DNA of 64,000 nucleotides, from positions 12,400,001-12,464,000 of the forward strand of contig CATNEN010000039.1 in the NCBI GenBank assembly GCA_950097015.1. Reading direction: 5' to 3'. Under the pieces are notes generated by a model. The model was given only the letters and a program-made list of their open reading frames with translations. It was not told the origin of the DNA and made no database searches. Below are positions 48,272 to 60,549 of this stretch, piece by piece (within the stretch, counting starts at the first letter, position 1; each line of letters starts with the position of its first letter). The translations under genes and the position numbers were made by a program. Origin of the DNA: Macrostomum hystrix (lineage: Eukaryota; Animalia; Platyhelminthes).

Positions 48272-49264
48272 TTAGTCAAACAGTGAGAATCCCTGATTGG
48301 CCTCACTGTCATTGTTGCCGCTAATGTCGCTGCGGCCGACATCGGCTAGCAGGTTGGCCTGCAGCCTGGCCATCAGGGCCTCCTCGGAGCTTCCTTCGTC
48401 ACCGTCCAGTTGGCTGTCCTCCCTAGCAGATATGGACATGATAATCGCCTCGCTGAGCAACTTGTCAACCTCGGATGAGACATACTCGTGCGTAACAGGC
48501 GGCGCCTCATCATCTAGACGCTGCGAATCATCGAACAGACCATCCACTGCTGGATGCTGCTGCTGCTGCTGTCGCGACTGGATACTTCCGTCGGCGTCCT
48601 CCCATTGGCCCTGAAGTTGCGGAGGGGAACGCGCGCGTGATAAAACACAAACTTGTGCAGCTTGCAGCTCATTGGTTGGAGCTTCGCAATTCTGACCATA
48701 AAGGTCAGGGGTTCGAATCTCAGCCCACTATATCTCTCCCGTCTCATCTCTCTCCAGTCTTATCTTTTCCCTGTCTCATCCTGTCTGTTTCTAACCGACC
48801 TGAGTGAGCTGGAACAAATCGCCAATGCTAGTGTCGCCTCGTCCAGTTAACGACACCAGACTGGGCGCCGGTGACAGCGGCGGCAGGGCGGGAGAACCGA
48901 CCCCGTTTCTGGCCAGCTCTTCTCTTCGCAGACGCTGCTGTTTAATTAGTTCAATGCCCTGCCTCTCGTAGGCTGTACCATCGCGAACAAACTCCAATCG
49001 CTGCTGACTGCGCTTTGGATGCAGCGGATAGACAAAAGTCTCCCAGTTTAGATTGGCCACTCCCAGCTTGATGGCTTTGGTCAGAGTGCACTTGATAAAT
49101 GCCACATGATCTGGCGGCTGCTCTACCATGAGAGCCGCTACTAGACTGCGGAATAGTTGCGGAATGCGGTGCCGCTCCAGATAGTCTATGGCACCAGGCC
49201 GACAGAGCTCAGCGTAGCCAAGGACATCAGTGCTCATCAGAGATTGGGCAGAGTCGGTTGACAT
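48272..49264 (-). CDS. 267-aa protein with N-terminal RIIa/Dpy-30-type dimerization-docking domain (AK5 N-terminus-like); exons 49264-48800, 48610-48272
   Basis: YLERHRIPQLFRSLVAALMVEQPPDHVAFIKCTL...WETFV resembles the recalled AK5 N-terminus. Phase-0 GT-AG intron; acidic C-terminus. Confidence 0.75.
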
Positions 49265-50805
49265 TTTTGGCTAAAGAGTTAAACAATTATTGAAATTCTT
49301 TTTTTAAGTACTTTTTAATTGTCTGGAATCTAATTCTAAATTAAATTGACTTCTATTTTGAACAGATCTATTTAATGTATTTAAGTATCCATTAGAGTGT
49401 TCTAAAACATTATAGAATTATCATCAAACTTGTATTGAACTAAAAAGTAATATGCTAGCTAACATAGCTAGCATGTAGCCTACAAAAAACGAAAACTAGC
49501 CCACATATGTATGACAAACAGTGTGTGGCAAAGTGGAACAATTATAAATTCAAAATATTGCTATTCAGTCTTCAGACTAAGGTGCAGGCAAGCTAACAAA
49601 GTTTACATCCCTAATAATGATGATGAAACATATTGATGGCAATAGGCATATGCAGTTTTTAATAAACAATGCTGTCCACAATATATAGGCCTAAAATCTA
49701 ATTGAACCATCATGATTCATAGCAAGCTCAGTGCAGTTTTACAATAAATAAATATATAGATAGGCCTAGAAGTTTTACAAGATAAAGTTTATTGTTCTCT
49801 ATTACCTATTGAATATAGGCTATTATACAAAGAAGCAAAATTAATAATTAACATCAACCATGCAGAAGAAACCAAGCTTACTTTGAGCATTAAGAGGCAT
49901 AGCCCATACAAGTAAAACAAAATAATAATAGTAGCTAATTACTTTGTCAGTGAAGCGAAGTTAAAAAGTTTAAAGAGAAGTAAACAGACTAGATTGTATC
50001 TTAGGGCCTAGCTATTGCTGGATCCTGTGCTGTGCATAATGTTGCCTAATGGTGATGCACTTTACACAGATGTTTCTGGCGCCACATCTCACAAGTGAGG
50101 CCTAAAAGTGCCGATTAGCTCTCGATGGTTAATCAAAGTCGCACAGCTCTATTCTAGCTATACCATATGGTCTATGATGGCGGAAAGTCAGTTAGTGGTG
50201 CGGAATAAATAATATAAATTGAGACGTAAATATTTCAAGAACTTTTACAGGAATGTAAAATATCGCCAAATTTGTAAACAACTTAACTTCATGGTTCGAT
50301 TCTTTTTACCTACACTAGCTACCGTTGTGAGTTGTGAGTACTGTTGAGAGTAACATCTAAATGGATGAGCTAAAATGGAATCGAATGAATGGATGAAAAA
50401 TATAATATTTTCAACGAGCTTGAATTTAGGTTAAGAAGCGTCAAAAGATAAACAAAGTAAGCGTTTTTTGTTGCTTAAGTGCAGAGTAAAACACTTTAAT
50501 GGCACAAATAGCTTAAAAGAAACGTAAAGAAGTATATAATTTATTATATCACTTTTTAAGTATAGCTCGCGATAATTTGTAGAGCTTCAAAATTAAATAT
50601 TTAATCGACAATAAACGGACCGACGCCGAAGCAAAATACTACGGGTCAGAAATCATGACAAAACGCTCGTACTTTTAGTGGTAGGCTGGTATCACAGGTA
50701 TTTTAAGTATTTAAACTTCTTATCGTTTCTGTTGCATTTTTCTTTTTTGAACTTATATCTTATGTCCAATAGGATCGCCTAGTAACAGAAAGATAAGTGC
50801 AAACT

Positions 50806-53800
50806 ATGAAGACTGTATATTTTTCTTTAAATCTTTGAACTTAAATGTAAATTATATATATTCGACAGCATTTCACCAATAATAATACTTTGGTGTTAAA
50901 AAATTATGTGTGACTCTATTATTCATTAACAAAAATCCGATTGTAACTTACTCTTGCCAACACATTATGTAAAGATTAATGACTGGGGGACGCACAAGCA
51001 CCCTCAATTGCCCAAGCTAATGCTGGTAACCATTTTTCAGTTAGGTAAACGAAACAAAACTATTTACTGGAGTTGGTAATCGAATGTCCGACCTTCAAGT
51101 CGAGATTCAGACGCTCTAACAACTAGGCTACAACCCCCCGTGTGTAATAGTAGGGAAATAATGTAGCATTAACTAAAGCAGAAAGAAATTCTATCAATAA
51201 CTGTGCGTTTTATGTTCATAAAATTTTAATTTAGTAAAATTATATAGCAACTTGTCAGTATCTTCATGTGCCTATAAATTACTTCGCTTTAAATAGTCAA
51301 TTAAATTAAAAAAATCGTCTTAGTGTTACGAGCTACTTTGCAAAGAAGTCCAGCTTGTAGCTGACTGCGGAAATTTTTTCAGGATTCAAAAGGCTCTTCG
51401 AGAGTATTCGGCAGAAAAGAGTGCGGACAGCAGCGATGCCTAAAGGCTGGAACTTTGGAGGCCATTGTGGATGCCATTGTCCCAGTAGATCCGACCGATC
51501 AGAGCGCAATCGACTGTATGCACATGCACGCGTTGCTAGCCACCTATCCTGCTTTCTCAACTACGAATGAGCTTCTGACAATAATTTTAACGAAGTGAGT
51601 GTATATAATGATTAATTAGCATTGTTACTTTTTTAATGAGCTGCATGCATGTGTGTTAATGCTCTGCTAGCTGCCAGCTAAAATAGTAAATGTAGCTCGT
51701 ACGAGCGTTCGAGTATTATTAGCGTAGTGTAAACAAAAGAAAATTTAAATTATAGTTTCTTGCCTTAGAGCACATTACTTTTGCAATTCGTCTGAGATAC
51801 GAACACACGGCCTTCTCAGCCAGAAGTTGGAAGCTCAATAACCACAGAGCTATTGTAAGCTACAATTTGAGTACTTTAGTCACTCATATACTACAAGCTA
51901 ATTCAAACAAATTTATTAATTTATCAGGCTCGAAACTTGTTGCGCCTCTCAGCAGCAGCGAGAATTTGAACGCCAAAAAATAGCATTACTTGCTACACTG
52001 AAAGAGCTGCTGACAATCCTGCGAGAGAATTTCAACGACTTCGCCGAGCCCACTTCCCAGCTGACAACTGTTGGCGTTGCAGAGACTGTTGAAACCGCTT
52101 CTGGTGAAGCTTGTTCCATGACAAACAGGCGGCCATCGAGTAAGCCTGGTAGGAATACGTCGACAGACGATGAAGGCTCGTGCGAGATTCTCAATCGACT
52201 GCTTAGCCTAGGAACAGCTTTGCCACCAAGCCTCGCTGCCGATGTACGAGAAGCAATCGACCATCAATCCGGCCTTTCGATCGACTCACCTCAACCGTCG
52301 ATAAGCCAGCGGCGTCTAGACTGGGAATCGATTGACGATCGGCGCATAGCGGAGCAGCTGACTCGTCAGGATGCTCGCTTGATGCGTCGACTCAAACTGT
52401 ACGAATGCCTGGGCGTCTTCTGGGGCAAGCGCAATTCGCCAAGCGTAGCCGCCACGGTGGACCAGTTCAATCGCGTCTGCGGAGTTGTCACGGCAACAGT
52501 CGCCGGTGCCATCGGTGAGATGGCCCGACAAAAGTCTGCGGAGCGTTGGCTGACCATCGCCAGGCAACTATTGGCTAGAAGAAACTTTGCGTCCAGTTTT
52601 GCTGTGGCTTCGACTCTGAATTTGGAATCGATACGGCGACTATTGCCAGCGCGCCTGCTCCAGGAAATGAGCAGTGACAGAGACGGAGTGACTTGGCTAA
52701 TCAATCCGGAGGACAATTTTGCTGCCCTCAGGCGAGCCATGGACAGTGCTGCTGGCGGCAGCACATTGGATGAAGCGAAGGATCCCTACAATAAGATTTC
52801 AGAGGTAAGTGTACATTTACACATAAATATTAGTGGCCCAGTAGCTTTTGAGTGTCGCGTACTTAAACTGCGTACAGATGTTCAGTCTATTGAAAGGTAG
52901 CCGCTAACCCTCCTTTAGTCGCACACAAGGATGTTAGATGAAGTCTTGGATTGACTGACGAAAAACCACGGAATTTGCCCCCAATGGAAAGACCAAGTTT
53001 AAGTATTGAAAGACCGATTTTCATGAAAATCCACGATATGGATCAAAGTATTCCGCCCTTCACGATCAACAAACTTTCTAATCCGTCCGACGTTAGCATC
53101 GTCGAGATAATCAGTGATTCTTGTCGGAGACCCTGGTGAGAAGGGCAACTAACAATGCTTTGTATAAACCTCCAAGGCATTTCCTTATAACTCAATAATA
53201 AAGTAATTAACAATATAATCATTGCAATATAATCGACAATAATAGCCAACATGGTTACATGAAGCAATTTTGTGAGCAAAACAATATGCACAATATGCCT
53301 ATATTGGTTGTTTTTTCCAACTCGACGAGAATTGTTGAATATATCGATGTTTTGAAGTTGCTTCATCGGAAAGAACGAAAAATTTAGAGCGCGGGCTTTC
53401 ATGACGATTGGTAAAATCATGAAATACCTCCGTGTTTTTGCTACTGAGTAAGGTATTTTAGTGTTCTCTGATTTCAAAATGTTTCCGTAGTGTTTTTATC
53501 AGTAATTCTCAGATCAGAACTTATCTCCAAGAATTCGTTTGAGAACAGAAGCTATACAAGAGAGAGCTTTCATCATCCACCGACAAGAGCTTTTGCATTC
53601 TTGTGCAGTGTGCGTTGTCCCGTTATCTAAAACGTTATCGCTGCAAGATGCATCAAGTATGGCTAGAGAAATTCTAGTCTCAGTTGCTACTTGAAACTCA
53701 GTTACTTACCCTGTCCGATTAGACTGTCTGCTCTAAAAAAATGGTCCATTTTCGCAGAAAAAATAACTTACAAAGGTTTTTTTAAAAAAAGTAAAGGTTT

Positions 53801-56713
53801 CTTGCACCTTTTCAATTAGAATTTTCCTACCGTGATTTTGTCTATGGCCAAATCACGTTTAATTGTATACACAAGTTCTGACGCTTCTTATGTCTGTATA
53901 ATGGACTAATTATACGAATTAAAGAGCCACTAATAATAATAATTGCAGGAGGGCTGCGGGCAATGGCACATCATTTGGTGACACTAGACCCGCAGCCAGC
54001 GAGGAGACAATTCTGCCCATTTCGCTGAATCCTAAACACACGCACACAGATACTGTACGCAGGCACACGCTCACACAGGTGTGTACATCTGCCCTGACTT
54101 TCTCATCGTCAGGCAGTGTACATTTCACTGTGCCTTGGAGGTTGGCCCTCAAGAGCGAAAATTGCATGACAAGCCCACAAAGCCTTCTCTCTGCGACTGC
54201 GCCCCAAATGAATGTGGCCTCGCCGTGGAATCGAACTTAGGGACCGTGGTGCGAGAGGCAAACGCGTTAACCGCTCTGCCACCGACCCCCCAAAGAGCCA
54301 CTAAACCTTTAGTGTCCTTTCCGCTACACGTGGTTTTTGACGGTTGTAAATTGGTCGAGTGTGCAATTGTTGGGCAGAGCGGAGCAGGGTTTTACCATGC
54401 TGTCAATCATCCGCAGCCACTGCCGCGTTGCGAACAACTGATTGGTACGATACCCTACTTGGGCATTTTCCTATCTGACTTGGAACGAATTCATGCCTCC
54501 CTGCCTGACCGAGTCAAAGGCGGCCTCATCAACTTTGAAAAGCGTCTGCGAGAGTACACCGGAGTACTAGCCAGGCTACGCGTGTACCAAGTCTCCTGTC
54601 GGCGATATTGTTACGCGATGGATGCCAGCTTTGACAATTGGTTCAGCAATCAGCAGCTTCTGATGACAGGTCAGGCAGCCAATCAGATCTGTGACGCCTT
54701 GGTCAAGCGAGATTGGAGTATAGCTCCGAAAATGACTCGAAGGCGATGCCTTTCGTATGTGCATTTCCTAATGGGTTCTGTTTTGACGCCAAGAAATAGA
54801 AAATGAGTTTCGTAATTCATGAAAAATGCAACTTAACCACCTATCCATCATTTTCATCATTTCAGTGCTAGTACAGGCGTCTGTTCAACGTGTCCTAGGA
54901 CCAACCAGCCTGTGAGTATTAAAAATTATTTAAATAAGTTGAATAAATTAAATTATGGACTGAATAATGGTACTATCCTTGACTTCTATAGCTAGAATCT
55001 GTCATAGAAGTCCATGCATTGTATGAGCGCGGAAGGTACTTCTCTAAGACCATAGACATTTATTCACTGTGCGCTCTTCGACATCGAACCTTAACGCATA
55101 GCATAGCGTGATTTACGGTTGGACCATAGACTATAGCCGTTTGTAACCATAGACAACAGTTTTAGATTTCGCTTTGGCTGAAAACATTTCTAGCCTGAAT
55201 AAAATGAACTGTGTGTAAACAGCCCTAGATTTCATATCTAGTTACTATAGTAAACCAGGAGTTTCGCAAGTCTACGCAGTTATTTAAGGCCTCGCTGCAG
55301 CCGGCCTCGATCTCCAGCCAGTTGGCTCACACCCCCAGTCGCGCTTGAGCGACGGTTAATTATAAATCAACCTGCGTAGTGAAATATTTTCTAAGGAAAT
55401 CATTGCCACTCATTGCATTACCTGTGCTCCAGCTTAGAGCAAATAACATAGCATATTTATGAAACTAGGTCTGAGAGAAAACCTAACTGCAAATAAACGA
55501 CAGTTACTTAATGGTTAGATTCTTAGAAATAGCAAGACACTTAATTCCCTTAACTGTACGCAGCCTTCTTGCACGAAAAATGCAGAAAGACTATTTGTAT
55601 AAGACGGCTGTGGGCAGTAGTACATCATTTGATGACAGACAAGCTCCAAAAGCATCTCTAGGGTCTGAGCCCCAAAATAAATGTGGCCTCGCCGCAGAAT
55701 CGAGCTCAGAAACGCGTTAGGCCGCTCTGCCGCTTACCTCTGTGTGTTACTTGCACTCGAAATAATTACGAACATTTAACAGGCTTTGTTTGCGTTTCAG
55801 AACGTCCTAATCAGCGGGCACTCCGCTTCTCTACCTGTTCCATCACAATCGCCTACAATGTGCAGTCAGAGCTCGATACCGGTGAGGTCGGATGTACTAT
55901 TAGTACAATTCCAATTGCAGCTATCAGCCGTTGGCAGCTGCTACGCGCCTAAGGACGTTGCCACCTGGGAGGCGATGAAAAAAATTGTCGCGGTATAAAA
56001 ATACTCTGAGATCCAACTCGTTCTAAACTTTGCTATATAGCTCGTACTTCAATTGCACGAAATGACGAACTGTAGCACACTAAAAGTGGGGAACGAACCT
56101 CGCGCTGGCAGACAGAGACCGGTTTCTGGCTTGTTTGCCTTCGTCAGTCAGCCATAGCCACACGCCGTCCTCTCCCACCACTCTTAGTGTGCACAGAAGT
56201 CTCTTTTAAGCTTGCCATTTTTATGGCGATACTTTTTAGTGTTTTATGAGAGTTTTGTAGCCAAGTCTTTGCTTTTCTACTGCTGTCAGTAGTCTGAATT
56301 GTATCTCTAACACGGACTTTGCAGATTCGACCAAGCCAAAAGGCGGGCCAGACAGTTCGACTAGTGCTGGATAAATTTAATCCGCTGTGTAACGGTGCTA
56401 ACTTCACACCTGAACAATTTCAGATTGTTCAATTGAAACACAATAAGCAGGCTAAGGCCATTGGTATGTGAATTAAAATGCCAACTCCTTTTTGACTGCT
56501 TGTAAATCGTCGGTAAGTAGTATGATACAGTTTATCATATAATTAAGTACAATTTTTAATTAAACAGAATCCGAGCGACCGATACCAGAAAATTGCAACC
56601 TGTTCTACGCGCTCAAGCCAATTAACTGGAATTTTCAGCAAACTTCAACAGTTTTAATACGTTGCGCTTTAAGGCACGTCGGAAAACAAAAAACCGATGC
56701 GACACATTGTTGA
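50806..56713 (+). CDS. RalGDS/RGL-family Ras-GEF (REM + CDC25 + RA domains); clear exons include 51383-51594, ~51928-52805, ~54417-54754, ~56325-56462, 56568-56713; start and small exons uncertain
   Basis: REM LKAGTLEAIV...LLATYPAF; CDC25 IAEQLTRQDA, TVDQFNRV, NFASSFAV, GTIPYLGIFLSDL, GLINFEKR; RA-like VLDKFN and IPENCNLFYAL. Confidence 0.85.
50978..51138 (-). mobile_element. Diverged copy of the CORE-like SINE at 2075
   Basis: Reverse complement GGGGTTGTAGCCTAGTTGTTAGAGCGTCTGAATCTCGACTTGAAGGTCGG. Confidence 0.75.
52960..53440 (+). mobile_element. Helitron/HINE-like non-autonomous element, longest copy
   Basis: Subterminal inverted repeats AAAAACCACGGA / TCCGTGTTTTT and a GACCGATTTTCATGAAA core shared with 32215-32370. 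Confidence 0.5.
53934..54291 (-). mobile_element. Full-length SINE family 2 copy
   Basis: Reverse-complement match to 19281-19632; 13-bp TSD AAAGAGCCACTAA; B box AGTTCGATTCC. A degenerate head fragment also lies at 55640-55735. Confidence 0.92.
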
Positions 56714-57402
56714 TCGAGTCTGGCAAATTACGATTTTACTTTATTAGTACTCTGGCTGCTAGTAGAGAATGGTTGCTAGGTGAGAACTCTTTGCAGATGG
56801 GAATGGTTGCTAGGGAAAGACGATTGCAATATGAGATGGTTGCTATGTGAGGATGGTTTGATATGAGGATGGTTGGATGTGACATGGACGGTATTTTATG
56901 AGATGGTTGCTAGGGAAGGATGGTTGCTTGTGGTATGGATGGTATTTTATAATATGGTTGTTGGGCAAGGATGGATTGATAGGTAGGGGTGGTTGCTATG
57001 TGAGGATGGTAGCCATCTGAGGGTGAGAATGGCAGTAAAATGATTAGGTAATTTTTGTTTTTGTAAAAAAAATAATTACCCATTTTATTGGCTCAAGAGT
57101 TTGTTATACGCGTTAGGAACCTGATTCATGTAATTGCATGTAAATCACTTTGTTTTATTTAAACTGTTGTCAGTATATGATTTATAAGATTAATTTCAGT
57201 CATTGAATCGGTTGACATGTTTGCACAGATTTTTTTCTGTTACGATTATTAAATACTATCTCTGGCACTGTACCATTGACCACTTAATAAAAATATTACT
57301 GTTTTTTTCATTTCGGCTTACATTCGTGATCGAGTGAATAAAACATTTTAGTTGTCTGTTTGGGCAAATAGATCTTAGCAGGTAAATAGCGATTTTAGTG
57401 TT

Positions 57403-57830
57403 ATCTGGTGTGTGATCTGGTATGTGATCTGGTGTGTGATCTGGAATGTGATCTGGTATGAGATCTGGTATGTGATCTGGTATGAGATCTGGGATGCGAT
57501 CTGGTATGTGATCTGGTATGTGATCTGGTGTGTGATCTGGTGTGTGATCTGGTATGAGATCTGGGATGTGATCTGGGATGTGATCTGGTATGTGATCTGG
57601 TGTGTGATCTGGTGTGTGATCTGGTATGAGATCTGGTATGAGATCTGGTATGAGATCTGGGATGTGATCTGTGATGTGATCTGGTATGAGATCTGGTATG
57701 AGATCTGGGATGTGATCTGTGATGTGATCTGGTATGAGATCTGGGATGTGATCTGGGATGTGATCTGGGATGTGATCTGGTATGTGATCTGGGATGGGAT
57801 CTGGTATGTGATCTGGTATGTGATCTGGTG
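57403..57830. repeat. 12-bp minisatellite GATCTGGTATGT
   Basis: Tandem array; source of RSHT/VIWY ORFs. Confidence 0.95.
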
Positions 57831-59029
57831 TGGGAATAAATTATTATCCTGTTATATGGTTTTCTCAAAGTGCACTAGCTTTGCAAGGCTCGCAATAACA
57901 ACAACTTGTCTGTAATTTTGCACCCCTGTTTCATTATTTCCTCCTAAAATTCTCCTAAAATTGCCATTGTACTGTAGCAGAAGTCCGCTTTTATTTAATT
58001 CTACTCTAAATTGTTTCTTTAAAATAATGCAAGGCACCACGGGAGTTTTTTCTTTACATTCAAGCCCTTTAAATTATATTTTTATTGCGAAATAGAAATT
58101 TCTGACAAGAAAAAACTAAAACATTTCAAAATAAACCGAAGGCAAAAATGGTTCTGTCTTTTAAATTTAACCTGGTCGTCAGGGCAGATTCGTGCAACAA
58201 AAAAATTTCGTTATTGTGCCTTTCGTCTTCCAACTCGTACGGTCTGGGTATGAAGCCCTGTCACTAACGTACATGTTTTATATTCAGTGGCTTGTGACTT
58301 TCTGGCCTGATCTCTGTTCTTCGATCCACTGACCCCGTTTACTAACAAAACTAACTGTACACTTAAAAACCATAGAAGGCGTTTCAGCAAAATGCTTGCG
58401 ATTGCGATGCAGGCAGAAAAGTCACTGAACGATTTTAGGAAAGAGAGAAAGAAATTTTCGCTCGGTATGCTAGAAAATGAAACGCTGAACAAGAATCTGC
58501 GCACAAACCAGACATTGGGAGGCAGAGAAATAAAGAGAGATACTGCATGGCGGTCTCGCATCCGGGCACCGAACCGGCGTGCATCCTTTTCCTTCCTTTT
58601 CATTCCGTCCGTTGTTCCAGTTTTGGATTCGGTCAGGGCTGGGGGGTTGCGGTATAGATGGAGGGGAAGGGAGTGAGAGGGAGAGATGGTGCGTGAAGCG
58701 TAGAGAGATGTTTGGTGCTAGTTGTGGTGTTGCAGTGTGTGTGTGTGGATGTCTGAAGGCGTCCGCTGCAGCGGTAATGTTATGCGTCCCCCCAAAAACC
58801 ACTAACCCAATCCTCGACTCCCTGACTCCCCGCCTGAACCGCCCAGCCAACCCTCAGAAGCCAAACCCGTTTCAAGCTGGTGGTCGGATTCGAAGATATA
58901 TTTCGTGGCTCTCTCGCTCTCTCTTATGCGCAAAATTTCACTAGTGCAAGAGAGGCTAAGGTCGTTATAAAGTGAAAGTTTTGAGCCAAGGCAAGTGAGT
59001 TAACTTCTATGGGTGCACTCGATTTAGAT

Positions 59030-59555
59030 TTACTGCAGAGGGCTGAAGCAAGGTAAAACGTCGAGGCGCGTAGCGCCGAGGCGTATAAACCACTTTCAGC
59101 CCGGGCAGCCTATCCATATTAGTGTTGTAGTTAGCCTACGCGTGTTGAAACGAGGTTGAAACTAACGGCAGCCCGACCTCTGCTGTTGTCTATGGTCGAA
59201 TTCCATAGATATGCACTGAGGGCGGGCCGTAAAACGCGTTTCACGCCCGCTAACTACAACACCGATATGGATAGGCTACTCGGGCTGAAACGAGGTAAAA
59301 CGTTGAGGCGCGTAGCGCCGAGGCTTTTCACCTCATTTCACAGCCCTATGCAGCCTATCAATATTAGTATATTGTAGCTAGTCGCGTGTCGAAACGAGTG
59401 TCGAAACGAGGTTGAAAGGTGAAACTAGCACCAAATGCGTTTCACGGCCCGCCCGTTGTGCATATCGATGGAATTCGACCATAGAAAAAAGCAGAGGGCG
59501 GGCTTCCGTTTCATTCAGCCTCGTTTCAACACGCGAAGGCAAACTACAATATAAC
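59030..59555. mobile_element. Palindromic (foldback/MITE-like) element in 5' UTR intron; rearranged copy at 62125-62562
   Basis: Nested inverted repeats such as CTATGGTCGAATTCCAT / ATGGAATTCGACCATAG and CGCGTGTTGAAACGAGG / CCTCGTTTCAACACGCG. Confidence 0.7.
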
Positions 59556-59598
59556 AGTTTTTTCACTTGTCACTCTTGCTAGGTTCGATTGAGTTAAA

Positions 59599-60549
59599 AT
59601 GGCAACCGTCTCGTTTCACCAAATCTGCATCACTATGCTGAGCCTGGGTCTCGCCTGTGGCATTGTGGCCTGCGCCACGAGTCGTTGGAGTGGCGGCGGA
59701 CTGTTTGACTTACACAACGACGGTACGATCTTGTTGAGTTGAAACATAATATATAAATTTTTTACACTTAAAATATAATAGCTCCGTTAAACTTTTACGC
59801 TTCCTTTTGCAGGTTACGGCAATAGTGTCAAAGCCATGACCATCATCGGCGTCGCTTTTATGGCGTTCGGCCTGCTGCTCGAGATCCTCATGATTGTGTC
59901 CAACACGTTCAAGCTGAGCAAGGCTATCAACTTATTGTGCCTAGTATGCTGCATTATCTGCGGTGAGTACAAATCCATGTTCCGCTTAATTTGCCCCCGA
60001 GTAAAAGCTTCAGCGTGAACCTTTCTCTCCCAGATTTTACGGCTCGCTCCCACCATCCCAATATTAAGGCCCGCACCCACCACCCCAACTCTATGGCCCG
60101 CACCAACCACCCCAATTCTACGTCCAGCACCCACCACCCCAATTCTACGTCCAGCACCCACCACCCGAATTCTACATCCAGCACCCACCACCCCAATTCT
60201 ACGTCCAGCACCCACCACCCCAATTCTACGGCCCACTGCCACCACCCCAACTCTACAGAACGCGCCCACCACCCCACAAATAGCCCGCGATCACCACCTA
60301 AATTCTAATGTCAGGGCCGACGACCCCGAAGTATATTAAATTCTCTATTTATGTCAACAAGTCTCGAAGCATTTGTATTAAGCACTCTCCTTGTATTTGC
60401 ACCCCGCAGTTGCAGCGCTGATAATTGGCCTCTTCGTGTACGCCTCGCAGTACGCAGTAGGCGGCTACAGCGTCTGGCTGCTGACTGCCAGCACTGTATT
60501 CGCTGCGGAAGCTCTGTTTTTCTACATCATCCAGTGGCGTTGCGTTTAA
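59599..60549 (+). CDS. 137-aa four-TM claudin/PMP22-like membrane protein, copy 1; exons 59599-59722, 59813-59962, 60410-60549
   Basis: GT-AG phase-1 introns, four hydrophobic helices, W-x(3)-GLF after TM1 and GYSVWL before TM4. Confidence 0.8.
60050..60280. repeat. 27-bp intronic repeat CACCCACCACCCCAATTCTACGTCCAG (paralogous array at 63105-63265)
   Basis: Tandem array. Confidence 0.9.
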
